The position numbers and the translations under genes are program-made. The notes below the pieces were generated by a model. The model was not told where the DNA came from. It saw only the letters and a list, made by a program, of their open reading frames with translations, and did not search any database. Below are positions 41,524 to 55,094 of a DNA stretch of 64,000 bases, in pieces. This DNA is from Eledone cirrhosa (lineage: Eukaryota), in NCBI GenBank assembly GCA_964016885.1, contig OZ024745.1, forward strand, positions 127,658,001 through 127,722,000, written 5' to 3'. Every line of letters begins with the position of its first letter. The stretch's first letter is position 1.

Positions 41524-42320
41524 CTGTTGTTGTTGTTGTTACTGTTATTGTTGCTACTGGTGCTGTCGTTACATGTGATACAATAGACGGCGCATTAAAC
41601 AATTTATGGATATTTTAGTAATGTGCAATATATTTCAGTGTTACTGGGTATATATAACATACAACATGCATTATACAATTGGTATGTATGTATGTATGCA
41701 TGTATGTATATATGTATGTACTTATGTATGTTTGTATGTATGTATATATGTATTTATGTATGTTTGTATGTATGTAGTATGTATGTTTTATGTATGTATG
41801 TATGTATGTATGTATGTATGTATGTATGTATGTATGTATGTATGTATGTATGTATGTATTTATGTACGTATGTATTTATGTACGTATGTATTTATGTATG
41901 TATGTATGTATGTATTTATGTATATATGTATGTATGTATTTAAGTATGCATGTATGAATGAATTAATTAATGATTGTACGTATCGATGTTTGAGCGTATA
42001 TATATTTATATATATATATTTATGTGTGTGTGTGTGTGTATGAATATGTGTGTGCGTGTCTGGGTACGTGTGTGTGTGCGCGCGAATGTGTGTGTGCATG
42101 TGTGCATGTATATATATATATATATATATATATACTTGTAAATGTGTAGCATATATAAATGTACAAATAAACATACGTACATACATACGTACATATATAC
42201 ACACATACAAACATGCATAAATGCATACATACATACATGTATGTATGCATTTATGCCCCCCTCGTTATCGAGTATGGCCATTACACGATATACCATTATT
42301 AATAATTATTAATTAATCCT

Positions 42321-42509
42321 ATGGTGGATTGGCAGTATTGGTAGAGGGTCGGACGCCATGCTTTGACGTATAAAGTTACGGCCCTTGCCATTCTGAGTTC
42401 AAATCCCGCCGAGGTTAACTTTGCCTTTCATCCTTACGGGGTCGATAAAATAAAGTACCAGTAATGCACTGGGTAATTGCTGGCCTTGTGCCTAACGTAG
42501 AAACAATTA
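42321..42509 (+). mobile_element. tRNA-derived SINE with TSD
   Basis: Family body; AATTAATCCTAT on both sides. Confidence 0.9.
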
Positions 42510-42587
42510 ATTAATCCTATCGTGCGATACTTATGAAGATACATACATATATACACACATACGTACACGCATACATACATGCACATA

Positions 42588-42635
<48 letters not shown>

Positions 42636-42666
42636 CATATAAATATATATACACATATATACATAC

Positions 42667-42697
<31 letters not shown>

Positions 42698-42732
42698 TAT
42701 ATACATATAAATATATATATACATAAATATAC

Positions 42733-42777
<45 letters not shown>

Positions 42778-42804
42778 CATATAAATATATATACACATAT
42801 ATAC

Positions 42805-42847
<43 letters not shown>

Positions 42848-42896
42848 TACATATAAATATATATATACATAAATATACATATATATACGCACACAT

Positions 42897-42928
<32 letters not shown>

Positions 42929-43313
42929 GAATGCATAGAACACTACAACATTGCGTACGTAGTAAGACTGCATATGGTCTTTGACAAAAATCAGTAGAAC
43001 TGAAATTTTAGATGGTCTTTCTCCAATCTGCTTTCTTTCTTCACTGACTTAACAGCATCTGGAAGAAACATCAATTGGTTTTTGGAAGGTTAAAACCAAA
43101 ACGAAACCCAGAACTAAATATATAACAAATTTTTCTAGAAATGATATTCTAGAAGTTTCTATGCTCTATGGCGTATCGCTTGTGTAGTAAGCTATAAGGT
43201 ACCCGACATAACTTCCTTCCTACCCACTTTCTCCTCTTTTCCCTTTTACTACGTATATATATATATGCTCGTATATATATATATACGGACACACACACAT
43301 GAACATAGACATA

Positions 43314-43404
<91 letters not shown>

Positions 43405-43460
43405 ACGTTGTCAGGACTCTTCATTCACATCAAGGACAACCTTTTAGTCGTGGAGACACG

Positions 43461-43611
<151 letters not shown>

Positions 43612-43883
43612 AATGTGCGTGTGTGTGTGTGTATGTGTGTGTGTTTGTGCTTGTGTGTGAGAATGCTTATGCATGCCATTTATATAAAGGCTACCTAATA
43701 TATATCAGTTTCTCTCACATGAATAGCAAACAGTATTGCCACCAACATTTGTTAAGCAATTATAAAATAATAATATAGCTGATGCATGAACGACTTCCAC
43801 ACTGGAGATTCAGAAACAAAATAGAAGCTTTATGTGTAAGCTGAGTGTTATTAATCCATTTATTCGTTTTAGTTATTTTAAAC

Positions 43884-44031
43884 CAGGCATGTGCAGCCCT
43901 TATCGAGCAGTGGGGCTGCATAGGATGAGGTTCATCTTAAGGCAGGCCGCACTAGTAAAAAATATTCAAAGCAATTTTGAAATTAGGCGTGCCATTCAGA
44001 AGCGAAATGGGCCGCAGCTTGCCCATGACTG
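43884..44031. mobile_element. Short hAT (Charlie-like) MITE
   Basis: Ends CAGGCATGTGCA / TGCCCATGACTG, GGCCGCA subterminal motifs, flanks TTTTAAAC / TTTTAACA. Confidence 0.55.
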
Positions 44032-44109
44032 TTTTAACATTTTCATTCAATTTTAGAATAATAAAAATTACATAAAAACAAATCTAATAAGGATGGCGGT
44101 TCATATTTT

Positions 44110-44636
44110 GTAAGGTATTGCATGGTATGGGTTTTGCTTCTGGAGAGAAGTATAAACTGATACGATCTCTGATATTCATTAAAATGGTATCTTGGGTAAC
44201 GACTGAAAGAATACAATCAGGAATACAAGCGGCCGAAATGAGGTTGAATCTAAGGATCTTTCAAGTAACGTTACTCGATTAAAGTGCGTAAATCGGAGAT
44301 CTTAGTGTCACTCCAAGTAGAGCCGTTACTTCTCCAAATTGAGAGACCACAGCTCCGATATATGGGCATGTGGTAAGAATGTCTCAGGAAAGAATCACTG
44401 GATAGATTTTACTGGCAAAATCAACTGATATGAGGTCCAGGCGGAGACCCGAAGGAAGATGGTTGGATAAGATCCTTGTGCTTGGCTGGTCTTGCCGGAT
44501 CAGTTGGAAACAGTTGCTTCTGACAGGACCCACTGGAAGGAGAGCTTGAGGACTTTGCCCCCACGACAGAAGAAGAAGAAGAAGAAGAAGAAGAAGAAGA
44601 AGAAGAAGAAGAAGAAGAAGAAGAAGAAGAAGAAGA
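44110..44636 (+). mobile_element. RTE LINE 3' end with (GAA)n tail
   Basis: Similar to the reverse complement of 33400-33740 (GTAACGTTACTCGA...CCAAGTAGAGCCG...AGAATGTCT). (AGA)n at about 44568-44636. Confidence 0.8.
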
Positions 44637-45519
44637 CCCTTTTTCTTCCTTTGTAAACTATTCCCGTTATTGTTAGGCCCAAATACATATTCTCCGTCAC
44701 GGTGTTACGATTTATTGGTGCATATATGTGACATAACTAATAGGTTGCAGTGAGGGTTTACCAGAGAGAAATGGGAATCAAAAGTGCTTTAAGATGTTTG
44801 AAAATTATTGCTTTATATAAATAATGCCAGTAACAATATACCCTGAGTTTCGATGTGTGTATTTTAATAAAGTGAAGTCATTGGCATTCAGACCAACTAC
44901 TCTGCTTTTTTTCCTTAGAAGAAATTGCCTTTATAGGGAATATTACTCTGCTGGTAAAGAAAACCGCCACTGTAATGTTTACTGTAAAGGAAATTTCTGC
45001 TAAGAAGAAAAAAAAGCAGAGTCGTTGGTGTGAATACCAATTCCTTCACTATTCACATCAAACAGAAGAAATTGTTTTACAGTGAAGATTACTGTGGAGG
45101 TTTTCTTTAGCGGGTACAGAAATATTACTGTGATTAACCTCAATTTGAGCTTTTCTTAATATACTTTAATATATAGAACCCTTTAGAAGTAAGGGGTTTA
45201 TTACCTATAAAAGAGTCTGTACGTATATATAAATATACGTAGTCATATCTGTACGTATTTGGTCTCATTATGATCTCAGGTACCGTAGGTAAAGATTTTC
45301 TGCAATTTGGGATGAGAATCCTACCAACTGGATTCGCTGTCTTTACCGTTCAACACATACCTCCACCTCTTTCATGATGCAAAAATGTTAAAGTAGTGAT
45401 GAGGATGGAGGCGAGGAGGGGGGAGGGGGGTTATTAAAATATAAACAAAATTATACCAGATACTAAGCACTTGCACGCTAATGCTAGGTTGACAAAGAGA
45501 CAATTATTACAAGTGCAAT

Positions 45520-45905
45520 TTACGGGGCCGATAAAATAAAGTACCAGTAATGCACTAGGTAATTGCTAGTCTTGTGCCAAAAGTAAAAACAATTATTTAC
45601 ATTTAGGGCGGTGGATTGGCAGTATCGGTAGAAGGTCGGACCCCATGCTTTGACGCATAGAGTTACGGCCCTTGCCATTCTGAGTTCAAATCCCGCCGAG
45701 GTTCACTTATGGCGTCGATAAAATAAAGTACCAGTAATACACTGGCTATTTGCTGGCCTTGTGCCAAAATTAGAAACAATTATTTACATTTCTTTCTTAC
45801 GGGGTCGATAAAATAAAGTACTAATAACGCACTGAGGTAGATTTAATAGCCTTTTCCCTCCCCCCAAATTGTTGGCCTTGTGCCTAAATCAGAAATAATT
45901 ATTTA
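45520..45905 (+). mobile_element. Cluster of three SINE copies or fragments
   Basis: GATAAAATAAAGTAC occurs three times. ATTATTTACATTT is duplicated around the middle copy. Confidence 0.85.
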
Positions 45906-46347
45906 GATTTCTGCTTCAACCTTTTTCTTTTCACTCCGAGTTGCTCAATAAATAAGACATACTTGTTGTTGCTATTTACCCTCAGGTATGAAACAGACCT
46001 ATGATGAAAGCCGTTTCAGTCATGAGCACATTGTTGTTTTGTAAATATAGAGCTAAACCATTCAATGCGTTCTTTTCTTGTCTTTTCTTTACAAGATATG
46101 GTGCAATTTTGGGGACATTTGTTCACTATATCTAGCAGGTCGAGCGATTGCGTACGCCTTCTTTGTTCGCTGTTTAAATCACTGTCATATTGTATGGTCG
46201 AATAAATCAAACTATATATCCCGCCTACAAACATTTAGTCCTGTGAAAGAAATCAATACGAGATTTCCAGCCTAGGGCTGAAGTACGAAGATAGCGATCT
46301 AAATGAAATTAAATAACTTTAACCGGAAACCAGTACTGCCTTACAAT

Positions 46348-46661
46348 CAGGGTTGGATTTAGACCTCAGGGGGCCCGGAGTACTTCAGATTTGGGGGGAG
46401 GGGTCCCTCATACACAAAAAAATAGAATACACAGCACCCCTACATTAATTTTACATATCAAAGTTAGCTTGGAATTGAAATGTTATGCATACAGGTATTA
46501 AATTCAAAAATTCTAACCATCCTAAAAGTAAAAAGCCCAGCTGAGGGCACAAATAAATTTGTGTCCTCAGCTGGGCGGGCTGTCGCTGCTGGGGTCCCCT
46601 ACTGCAGGGAGCCCGGGAAAATTGCCTCCTCTGCTCTCCCCATTCATTAAATCTGGCCCTG
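46348..46661. mobile_element. hAT-like MITE
   Basis: Ends CAGGGTTGGATTTA / TAAATCTGGCCCTG with GGGCCC-type subterminal motifs. TSD degenerate. Confidence 0.6.
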
Positions 46662-46792
46662 GTTGCAGTTATTAAGGTAAAAGATATTGCATGAATAAGC
46701 AATGATAATCGTAACCACATTTAGTTTGTGACTGATAGCTAAGATTATATAGATATAGTTAACTAACCACAGTCTATCTATACATCTATACA

Positions 46793-47328
46793 TCTATACA
46801 TATATATAAAACTGAAATTGTCTGTGTGTGTGTGTGTCCTAAATTTTGCAGTCTATACAAATCCACATTTCTACTCCGATTGACTTCAAACTTGGATTTA
46901 TATATTCCTTGCGGTCTAAAGATATTAACTGCAGCTTTTTCAATTTTCTGTTGTTTTTCAATTTTCTGTTGTTAAAGGGGTGTTAGGCGCCGGTTATCGA
47001 TTTCTCTCTCTTTCTTAGTCTGTCTTTTTAGATAGATACATAGCTATAACGTCGCGCCCTTATAATATATGTCTGTATGTCAGGCTGTCTGCATTACGAC
47101 ATTAAGACAAAAATTGTTCTCATTGCTGACGTCTTATCTTCGCTATTTTCCGTTCATTGACGGGAACGACTTTACGAACCAAAGTATCGTCTTCCTGTTT
47201 TCCTTCGGTTGCAACGTTTTTCGAAATATTTACTTCTGCCTTCACAGATTGATCTTTTTAATTTCAAAAGATCCCGTTAAGGATGAAAACAGCGATTTTT
47301 GCTTAAATTTTAATTTGTTATTTTAATA

Positions 47329-47401
<73 letters not shown>

Positions 47402-47794
47402 TATTCGTGTACAGATATTATTGCATACACAAAAACAAAATATAAAAAAACTTATTTATTTCAACGAGAGCACAGACGGCTTATCGTCATTGTTACTGCC
47501 GATAAGCCACCCAAAAAGGGCATCAATTACATAGTCAACTAAGCCAAAATAGAGTGGAAACGCCGAGGGACAACTGTCACAGAAGGAGTATGAAAAGAAG
47601 GGGCTCAACAATATTTCTATGAACAATGCACGTAGACAGCTAAACTGTACTATCAACTTAATTTTCTCCAAATAAAACAAGTTTCCTGTCGGTATATTTT
47701 CGTGAGTTTTAACAGGCACTCACAAATAAACGTTTCTCATTGGAGGTGCTATTACCAATGTTCTTACCCGTGCAACGCCGGGATACACTGCTAG
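46793..47794 (+). mobile_element. Non-autonomous Helitron carrying a nested family D fragment (about 47070-47330) and (TA)n
   Basis: 5' A|TCTATACATATATATAAAACTGAAATTGTCTGTGTGTG. 3' hairpin CCCGTGCAACGCCGGG (47767-47782) followed by CTAG|T. Confidence 0.75.
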
Positions 47795-47903
47795 TATAAC
47801 ATATAGCTAGTAATTAATGGCTATATAATCTTTATCGAACTGCTTACTGAAATCTGGAAGTTGTTAAACATACTGGTAATCTGAATCTCAGGTATTTCCC
47901 CAT

Positions 47904-48580
47904 ATGGTGGTGGTAGTGGTGGTGTTGATGGTAGTGGTGGTGGTGGTGATAGTGGTGGTGGTGTTAGTAGTAGTGGTGGTGGTGGTGGTGGTAGTGGTGG
48001 CTGTAGTGGTGGTGGTAATGCTAGTGGCAGTGGTAGTGGTAGTGGTAGTGGTGGTGGTGGTGGTGGTGATGGTAGTGCTGGTGGTGGTGGTGGTGGTGAT
48101 AGTGGTGGTGGTGTTAGTAGTAGTGGTGGTGGTAGTGGTGGTGGTGGTGGTGGTGGTGGTGGTAATGGTGGCTGTAGTGGTGGTGGTAATGCTAGTGGCA
48201 GTGGTAGTGGTAGTGGTGGTGGTGGTGTTAGAGGTAGTGGTGGTGGTGGTGGTGGTAGTGTTGGTGTGGATGGGGTGGTAGTGTTGGTGGTGGTAGTGGT
48301 GATGTGGGTGGGGTGGTAGTGGTGGTGGGGTGGTAGAGGTGGTGGGGTGGGGTGGTAGTGGTGGTGTGGGTGGGGGCGGTAGAGGTGGTGTGGTGAGGGT
48401 GGTAGAGGTGGTATGGGTGGGGTGGTAGTGGTAGTGTGGGTGGGGGTGGTAGTTTGGTGGTGGTAGTGGTAGTGTGGGTGGGGGTGGTAGTTTGGTGGTG
48501 ATAGTGGTAGTGTGGGTGGGGGTGGTAGTTTGGTGGTGGTAGTGGTAGTGGTAGTTTGGGGTGGTAGTGGTGGTAGTGGT
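47904..48580. repeat. (GGT/AGT)n G-rich tract
   Basis: Direct reading. Confidence 0.9.
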
Positions 48581-48792
48581 AGTTGTGTCTATATGCCTAC
48601 GTTGGCGCGTTTGGACTGTGTGTGTGTATATGTTCGTGCTTGTGCGCGTAAGTGCGTCTTTGTGTGTCTGTGTGTGTGTATTTGCGCGTTTGTGCGTGTT
48701 AGTGCGTGTGTGTACCTGTGTGTGTCTGTGCGTGCGTTTGTACGTGTATGTGTTTGTTTATGTATACGTTCTCATTTATTTATTTATCTATT

Positions 48793-48873
<81 letters not shown>

Positions 48874-49324
48874 TGCAGTTAATTATTTACAGCTATCGTT
48901 TCTAAAGCAAAGAACTCAGAGATTTTATGGACATAATGTCATTAACATAAACTGTTCACTTTATTGATTTGGAGATACAGGAAATACTATTATTTCTCTT
49001 TATCAAAAGAGCGCGTGTGTGTGAGAGAGAGGGGGTGGGTGGTAAGAGAGAGACGGTGAGATAAGAGTGAGGGAGAAAGAGAGAGAGAGAGAGACGGCGA
49101 GAGAGAGACAGACAGAGAGTCGTCCAAGAGCAACAATAACAACACTAACTACAACAACAATAACAACACTAACTACAACAACAATAACAACACTAACTAC
49201 AACAACAATAACAACACTAACTACAACAACAATCACAACACTAACAACAACAACAACACTTTGAGCAGCAGTATGAATTTTGATTTGTTATTACTTTCTA
49301 GATGTTTTACTTTGACTTTGTCTC

Positions 49325-49402
<78 letters not shown>

Positions 49403-49618
49403 CGTTTCTGAATTTGTTTAGCAAGATTCTTTATCTGAAAACGTGTGTTGAAACCGATATTGTTATACTTTGGGAGGGTCATGTTGCCAATAAGAAACAC
49501 ACGCACCAGTTGCTTTCACTTCAATTTATTATATATTTATAAATTTATAACTTTACAAATCTACAAATTTATAAATTTCTGGTTGGTTGGTTCCATAACC
49601 AGATAGTTGTTTATATAT

Positions 49619-49663
49619 AGTCATAGTCCTTTCGTCACACACTCTGTGACCTCTTCAGTGACT
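49619..49663 (-). ncRNA. Minimal type I hammerhead in the 3' pLTR, sense to the GIY-YIG ORF
   Basis: AGTCA-CTGAAGA-G-GTCACA(GAGTG)TGTGAC-GAAA-GGAC-TA-TGACT. Confidence 0.85.
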
Positions 49664-49871
49664 GGGGATTCCTTTCTTTGTTTCTGTGCCTTTCCTTTCT
49701 TCTGTCCTACGCCGTTTTGTTTCTGTGTGTGTGTTGTGTGCTCAGTTTGCGCATGCGCCACATCCGGGTGTCTGTGTGTGTTTGTGTTCATTTATCTATT
49801 TGTTTATTTATTTATTTACATGTTGTTGGTTGGTTGTTTGTTCTATGTGTGTGTGTGTTTTCATTTTGTCC

Positions 49872-50702
49872 TTAATTGTAAGTTGTGATGTTGCTGTTCC
49901 ACTCATATTTTCTATTTAATTTTGGTTGTAATTCTTTTATGTTTACTGCCTCTGTAATTTGTCTAAACATTGCATCTTTTCTGTGTGTAGATTCTATTTT
50001 TATTTCTATGTTCTCTAATTTACCCTTGTGTTCTATCTTAGCATGTTGGTAGAGTACAGATGATTCTTTATTATCTTGAAGGTCTCGCCAGTGTTCATTT
50101 ATCCGTTCCCCTATACTACGAGCTGTCTCACCTATGTACACTATATTTTTGTTTCTACATTGTCCTTCAGTACATCTTATGCTATACACTACATTTCTAG
50201 TTTTACAGTTAATATGGGGGCTTATTTTACAGGTTATACATTTCTTATCTATACATGAGGGTCTTTGGAACGGGTATGTCTGGCTAATAAGTGTTTTTAC
50301 GGAGGTACCTGGTCTTTCTACTATCTTAATATTGAGTTTATGTTTATTTAGGGCCCTTCTAAATTTGTAGGCTAGTTCGCCTCTAGGGGTTGTATCGATG
50401 AACATTACACTCTGGTATTTATTGCTATCATACCATGAGTTTATTCTATTGGCCTTGTTCCTAGTTCTTTCTATTCTATTCCAAAATTTGCTCCTATACA
50501 AGGGGCAGGTCCCATTTATGTCATTATTTACCATTTTTTCCCATTTGGTTTTGGCTCCTCTATACACTCTGATTCTATCTCTCTGATTGTAGCCAGAGAA
50601 CTGCATACGGTGGATGAAGTGTTGTATGTGTCTCTCTAGTTCTTCGGGGTTGCACATGCGGGACACATTTCTCATCTTCCGTACCAAATCCGCAATCAGT
50701 AT
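49872..50702 (-). CDS. C-terminal part of a PLE polyprotein: RT thumb/linker, Cys-rich linker and GIY-YIG endonuclease (5'-truncated)
   Basis: Uninterrupted frame with RMQFSGY, PLYRS, CIDKKCITC, NVVYSIRC..C..VYIGETARSIGERINEH..LYQH..EH..RQITEAVNI..PKLN. The first ~57 aa of the listed ORF are inverted pLTR, not coding. Confidence 0.9.
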   Translation of the reverse strand: MLIADLVRKMRNVSRMCNPEELERHIQHFIHRMQFSGYNQRDRIRVYRGAKTKWEKMVNNDINGTCPLYRSKFWNRIERTRNKANRINSWYDSNKYQSVMFIDTTPRGELAYKFRRALNKHKLNIKIVERPGTSVKTLISQTYPFQRPSCIDKKCITCKISPHINCKTRNVVYSIRCTEGQCRNKNIVYIGETARSIGERINEHWRDLQDNKESSVLYQHAKIEHKGKLENIEIKIESTHRKDAMFRQITEAVNIKELQPKLNRKYEWNSNITTYN

Positions 50703-50895
50703 GTAAATAAATAAATGTAAATAAATAAATAAATAACATGTAAATAAATAAATAAACAAATAGATAAATGAACACAAACACACACAGACACCCGGATGTG
50801 GCGCATGCACAAACTGAGCACACAACACACACACAGAAACAAAATGGCATAGGACAGAAGAAAGGAAAGGCACAGAAACAAAGAAAGGAATCCCC

Positions 50896-50940
50896 AGTCA
50901 CTGAAGAGGTCACAGAGTGTGTGACGAAAGGACTATGACT
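50896..50940 (+). ncRNA. Minimal type I hammerhead in the inverted pLTR
   Basis: Identical motif on the plus strand. Confidence 0.85.
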
Positions 50941-51098
50941 ATATATAAACAACTATCTGGCTGTGGAACCAACCAACCAACCAGAAATTTATAAATTTGT
51001 AGATTTGTAAAGTTATAAATTTATAAATATATAATAAATTGAAGTGAAAGCAACTGGTGCGTGTGTTTCTTATTGGCAACACGACCCTCCCAAAGTAT

Positions 51099-51182
<84 letters not shown>

Positions 51183-51183
51183 A

Positions 51184-51519
51184 AACGAAGGAAATGTGGT
51201 AAGGAACCAGATGGACCATAACGCACCAAAGTACTCAATACTTAGGGTAGTTGAGTGGGTAATAGGAAAAAGTATGACCCCGACGGCAGAGCTCAAGCCG
51301 TTTCGACGGCTATTTCTGGACTCTATTTCAGTCCAGAAATAGCCGTCGGAACAGCTTGAGCTCTGCCGTTGGGGTCATACTTGTTCCTGTATATATAGAG
51401 CCGTCGAAACGAGCTCTGCCGTCGAGGTCTAACATTTTCCTATTACCCACTCTACTACCCTAATTATTGAGTACTCTGGTGCGCTATGGTCCATCTGGTT
51501 CCTTACCACACCTCCCTCG

Positions 51520-51522
<3 letters not shown>
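51184..51522. mobile_element. Two adjacent family C modules in opposite orientation
   Basis: Tail plus palindrome at 51184-51390; truncated copy with tail at 51398-51522. Confidence 0.85.
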
Positions 51523-51571
<49 letters not shown>

Positions 51572-51832
51572 GAAGTATTTCCGTAGAAAAGGAAAAGGAA
51601 AAGGAAAAGAGAGTGCTCTATGTCGGCTATATATACTATATATATATATATATACTATGAACATTTCAATGACCGGGTTCAGTTTGAATCCGGTGACATC
51701 ATCAAGTATTCAAAATTTAACAAAGGAATATAATCCACGGGGCTGAAAAGGCAGAGAGACAAGGTGGCCACACATTTAGCAGTTTCTAGTTCGGGCACAT
51801 ATCTAACTATTTCTCTCTCTCTCTCTCTCTCT

Positions 51833-51864
<32 letters not shown>

Positions 51865-51884
51865 CCTATCTATCCCTCTCTCTC

Positions 51885-51950
<66 letters not shown>

Positions 51951-51954
<4 letters not shown>

Positions 51955-52143
51955 AACCAGTAAGACCCCGACAGCTTAGAATTAGCCGTTTCAACGGCTA
52001 ATTCTAAGTCCAGAATTAGCCGTCGAAACGGCTTGAGCTCAGCTGTCGGGGTCTTACTGGTTCCTATTACCCACTCTACTACCTCAAGTATTGAGTACTT
52101 TGGTGCGTTATGGTCCACCTGGTTCCTTACCACATTTCCTTCG

Positions 52144-52146
<3 letters not shown>
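51951..52146 (+). mobile_element. Family C palindromic module in (TA)n
   Basis: Same structure and tail as the other copies. Confidence 0.85.
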
Positions 52147-52185
<39 letters not shown>

Positions 52186-52388
52186 ATATATATATATTTA
52201 CACACAAGCAGGCGCCCACAGAAGCACAAAGTCAAACATACACATACACATATATTGATTGCATGTTTGAATATTAAGAGCCCCGGGGGCTTACTTTTCG
52301 CTATCAGCTTGTATTTCATGTATGTATGTATGTATGTATGTATGTATGTATGTATGTATGTATGTATGTATAGTAGCATGTATGTATG

Positions 52389-52422
<34 letters not shown>

Positions 52423-52487
52423 TGTATGTATGTATAGAAGCATGTATGTATGTATGTATGTATGTATGTATGTATGTATGTATGTAT

Positions 52488-53060
52488 GGTAACATGTATC
52501 CCAGTACAACCTGTTTCATGGTCGGGTCGTTGGCGACTAAACTGGCAACCCCACCAAGGTTTCTTGGTGAGGAGGGTGACTTTGGACATCCTGCAGGACT
52601 AAAAACAAAACCTGTCAAAGGAGCTCTTAAGAGTCAATGGCCATCCAAAATCACCGGGAGAGATGACCCCTTAGCCTTTGTCAAGGCAGAATTCTAGGAG
52701 AAGGAAAACTCTGATATAACACCTGCAACCCTGATGGTATCCAATGATGTTGACTTGTTCTTCTTTTTGGTAAATATCATCTTGGTTAAGAGAGTGGGAC
52801 TGGCTCTGTGCAATGCCTTTGCTCACTATAAAAGCTTCATGGCACAGGCATTGCTTTATATCTGGAGATCTCTGCACTTGTCACATGGTACCATGGGCCC
52901 AGCACTATGTGTCAATAATTGTCACAAGTGTAGTGTTTGTACCAGAGTTATCAAGTCGCTGGCTGGACTCAAAAGTCACACTCGTTCAGCGCATCGGTAG
53001 GGGTTCTCCTACATGGATATAAAGTAGTGGCCGTACTCGAAAACGAGTTGGCAGCCACCA
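52488..53060 (+). mobile_element. Short RTE-derived (bipartite, internally deleted) retroelement in (TATG)n
   Basis: RTE-like 5' UTR motif CTAGGAGAAGGAAAACTCTGAT. Terminal C2H2-type CSVCTRVIKSLAGLKSHTRSAH*. Short 3' UTR, then (TGTA)n. Confidence 0.6.
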
Positions 53061-53420
53061 TGTATGTATGTATGTATGTATGTATGTATGTATGTATGTA
53101 TCCACACACACATGCACACAGAGACAAAGTTATGATATTTTTTCATACCTATATGACTCGTGCTTTTGGCGTTATGAGAAAATACTGCTATTTACCAACC
53201 CAATTATAAGAAGCTCTATGAATTCCTAACACAACATATGTGTATTGAGTATTTTACGTTCTTAGATGTAAAGACAAACCTATACTATATATATTTATGT
53301 AAGATGGATTCTCCTACTGATCTCGAAGTACGAATGTCCGGTAGCTTTAGTTTAATCAGTTGGTGGATGTCTGTCTCTGGCGTGTTATTTAACCCTTTAG
53401 CATTTACATTACTCTATATA

Positions 53421-53720
53421 TCTAAAGTCTAAAGTCTAAAGTCTGTCTTGAGCCAGAAGGCTCATTTGGCCGGTGCTTATCCCTGTTTCATGGCGTGAAG
53501 CGACTAAGTGTACAAGACTCCCCCCTGGACAGGACGCCAGTCCATCGCAGGGTTAAACCTCCAGCTATTGCTGGTACTCATTTTCAGCTGAGTGTACTGG
53601 AGCAACGTAAAATAAAGTGTCTTGCTCAAGGAAACAACACATCACCCGGTCCGAGAATTAAACTCACAACCTTTCGATTGCAAGCCTACTGCTCTAACCA
53701 CTAAGCCATGCGCCTTCACA
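53421..53720 (-). mobile_element. tRNA-derived CORE-type SINE
   Basis: Minus strand: GGCGCATGGCTTAGTGGTTAGAGC head, B-box, CORE-like TTCCTTGAGCAAGACACTTTA, V-domain-like CCTGCGATGGACTGGCGTCCTGTCCAGGGG and (AGACTTT)n tail. Confidence 0.8.
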
Positions 53721-54158
53721 CTCTATATATACTATTGTATTTTTTTGATAAAAGCATTATCTTACATAATTATCTCACATAATATCGAATCTACGAGATT
53801 TTCATATTATTTATTTTGAGAACAATTCTTTAATGTCGGTATGAGTGGTCAGTTACAGCCGGTTTGAACAGAAAGAGGTGAGAGAATTCTGGCTGGATAT
53901 GGGTGGTTTAAATGCTAAAGGGTTAAATCCTATCCCTGTTCCTGGGAATGTGGTAGAAGGCAACCAGAGCTGCCAAGTTAGAGAATTGAGGAAACACTGG
54001 TTAGGGCTATTTTTCTCACCCCCTTCTCTGATTGGGCGAAATCTGCACCATTGGAGGAGACAGACAACACATTACTCACTGCTTTCAGCTAGAATGGACA
54101 TCACTGAAAACTTTTCTGTTGCAAACGAACTTCTTAAGCATTCGGTCATGATTGCACA

Positions 54159-54209
<51 letters not shown>

Positions 54210-54457
54210 ACATATATATATATGCGCAAATACAAACACACTGACAGAGAGACACACACACGCAAACACACACAGATACACTCAAAAACACACACATACA
54301 CACAGACACACAGACACTCACAAACTCAAACAGAAAAACACTTTCACACACACAAACACACACTTTCAAGCACACTCAAACACAAAAACACTCATACACA
54401 CACACACACACACACATCCACACACACACAAACACAACACCAATCATACACAAGCAT

Positions 54458-54488
<31 letters not shown>

Positions 54489-55049
54489 CTCAAACATAAA
54501 CGCACTCACACACACACTCAAACACAAACACACACATATATACACACATGCACACTCAAACACAAAAACACTCACACACTCACACATACACACACATGCA
54601 CACTCAAACACAAAAACACTCACACACTCACACATACACACACATGCACACTCAAACACAAAAACACTCACACACTCACACATACACACACATACCCCCC
54701 ACCCACACACATACAGACACTCATACAAAAACACTCATACACAAGCATACATATCAATTGCTATTTCATCATGTTATAATTGTATCTTCCATTACCGATA
54801 TTTTCAGTTATCTCTACCTCTGAACATGTCTTGCAGCTTGCTGCGATCTCTTTCCATCTTAACATTCCAGGATAAACAGTATGTCCAATACTATATCTTT
54901 AAATCTACACTCCTCTTTGAATCTTTGTTTACTTTTCATGTATATCTCTATAAGCATTTAATTTGAAAAGACTTCAAATGAAACTATACTGCTCTTCTCT
55001 GATGATATTGCTGCAGTTCTGAAAACTCACCGCTCTCTCATTTCTGTTC

Positions 55050-55090
<41 letters not shown>

Positions 55091-55094
<4 letters not shown>

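Larger units (their letters stand above)
49401..51104 (-). mobile_element. Family A Penelope-like retroelement, 5'-truncated, with inverted pseudo-LTRs, inserted in (TA)n
   Basis: GIY-YIG ORF. About 49457-49820 is inverted at 50701-51104. A 56-bp tail (49401-49456) occurs only at the 3' end. HHR in each pLTR. Confidence 0.95.

Noticed and set aside
49401-49871. SECIS element downstream of the PLE ORF
   Set aside because: No AUGA/GA kink-turn hairpin was evident by eye and the retained ORF has no in-frame UGA.
52915-53000. C2H2 zinc finger as part of a host zinc-finger gene
   Set aside because: It is a single finger followed by a stop, a short UTR and a (TGTA)n tail, as at RTE 3' ends, with no TGEKP-linked array.
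54998-55035. CTGATGA...GAAA near 55000
   Set aside because: No stem III, cleavage triplet or stem I pairing; compatible with chance.
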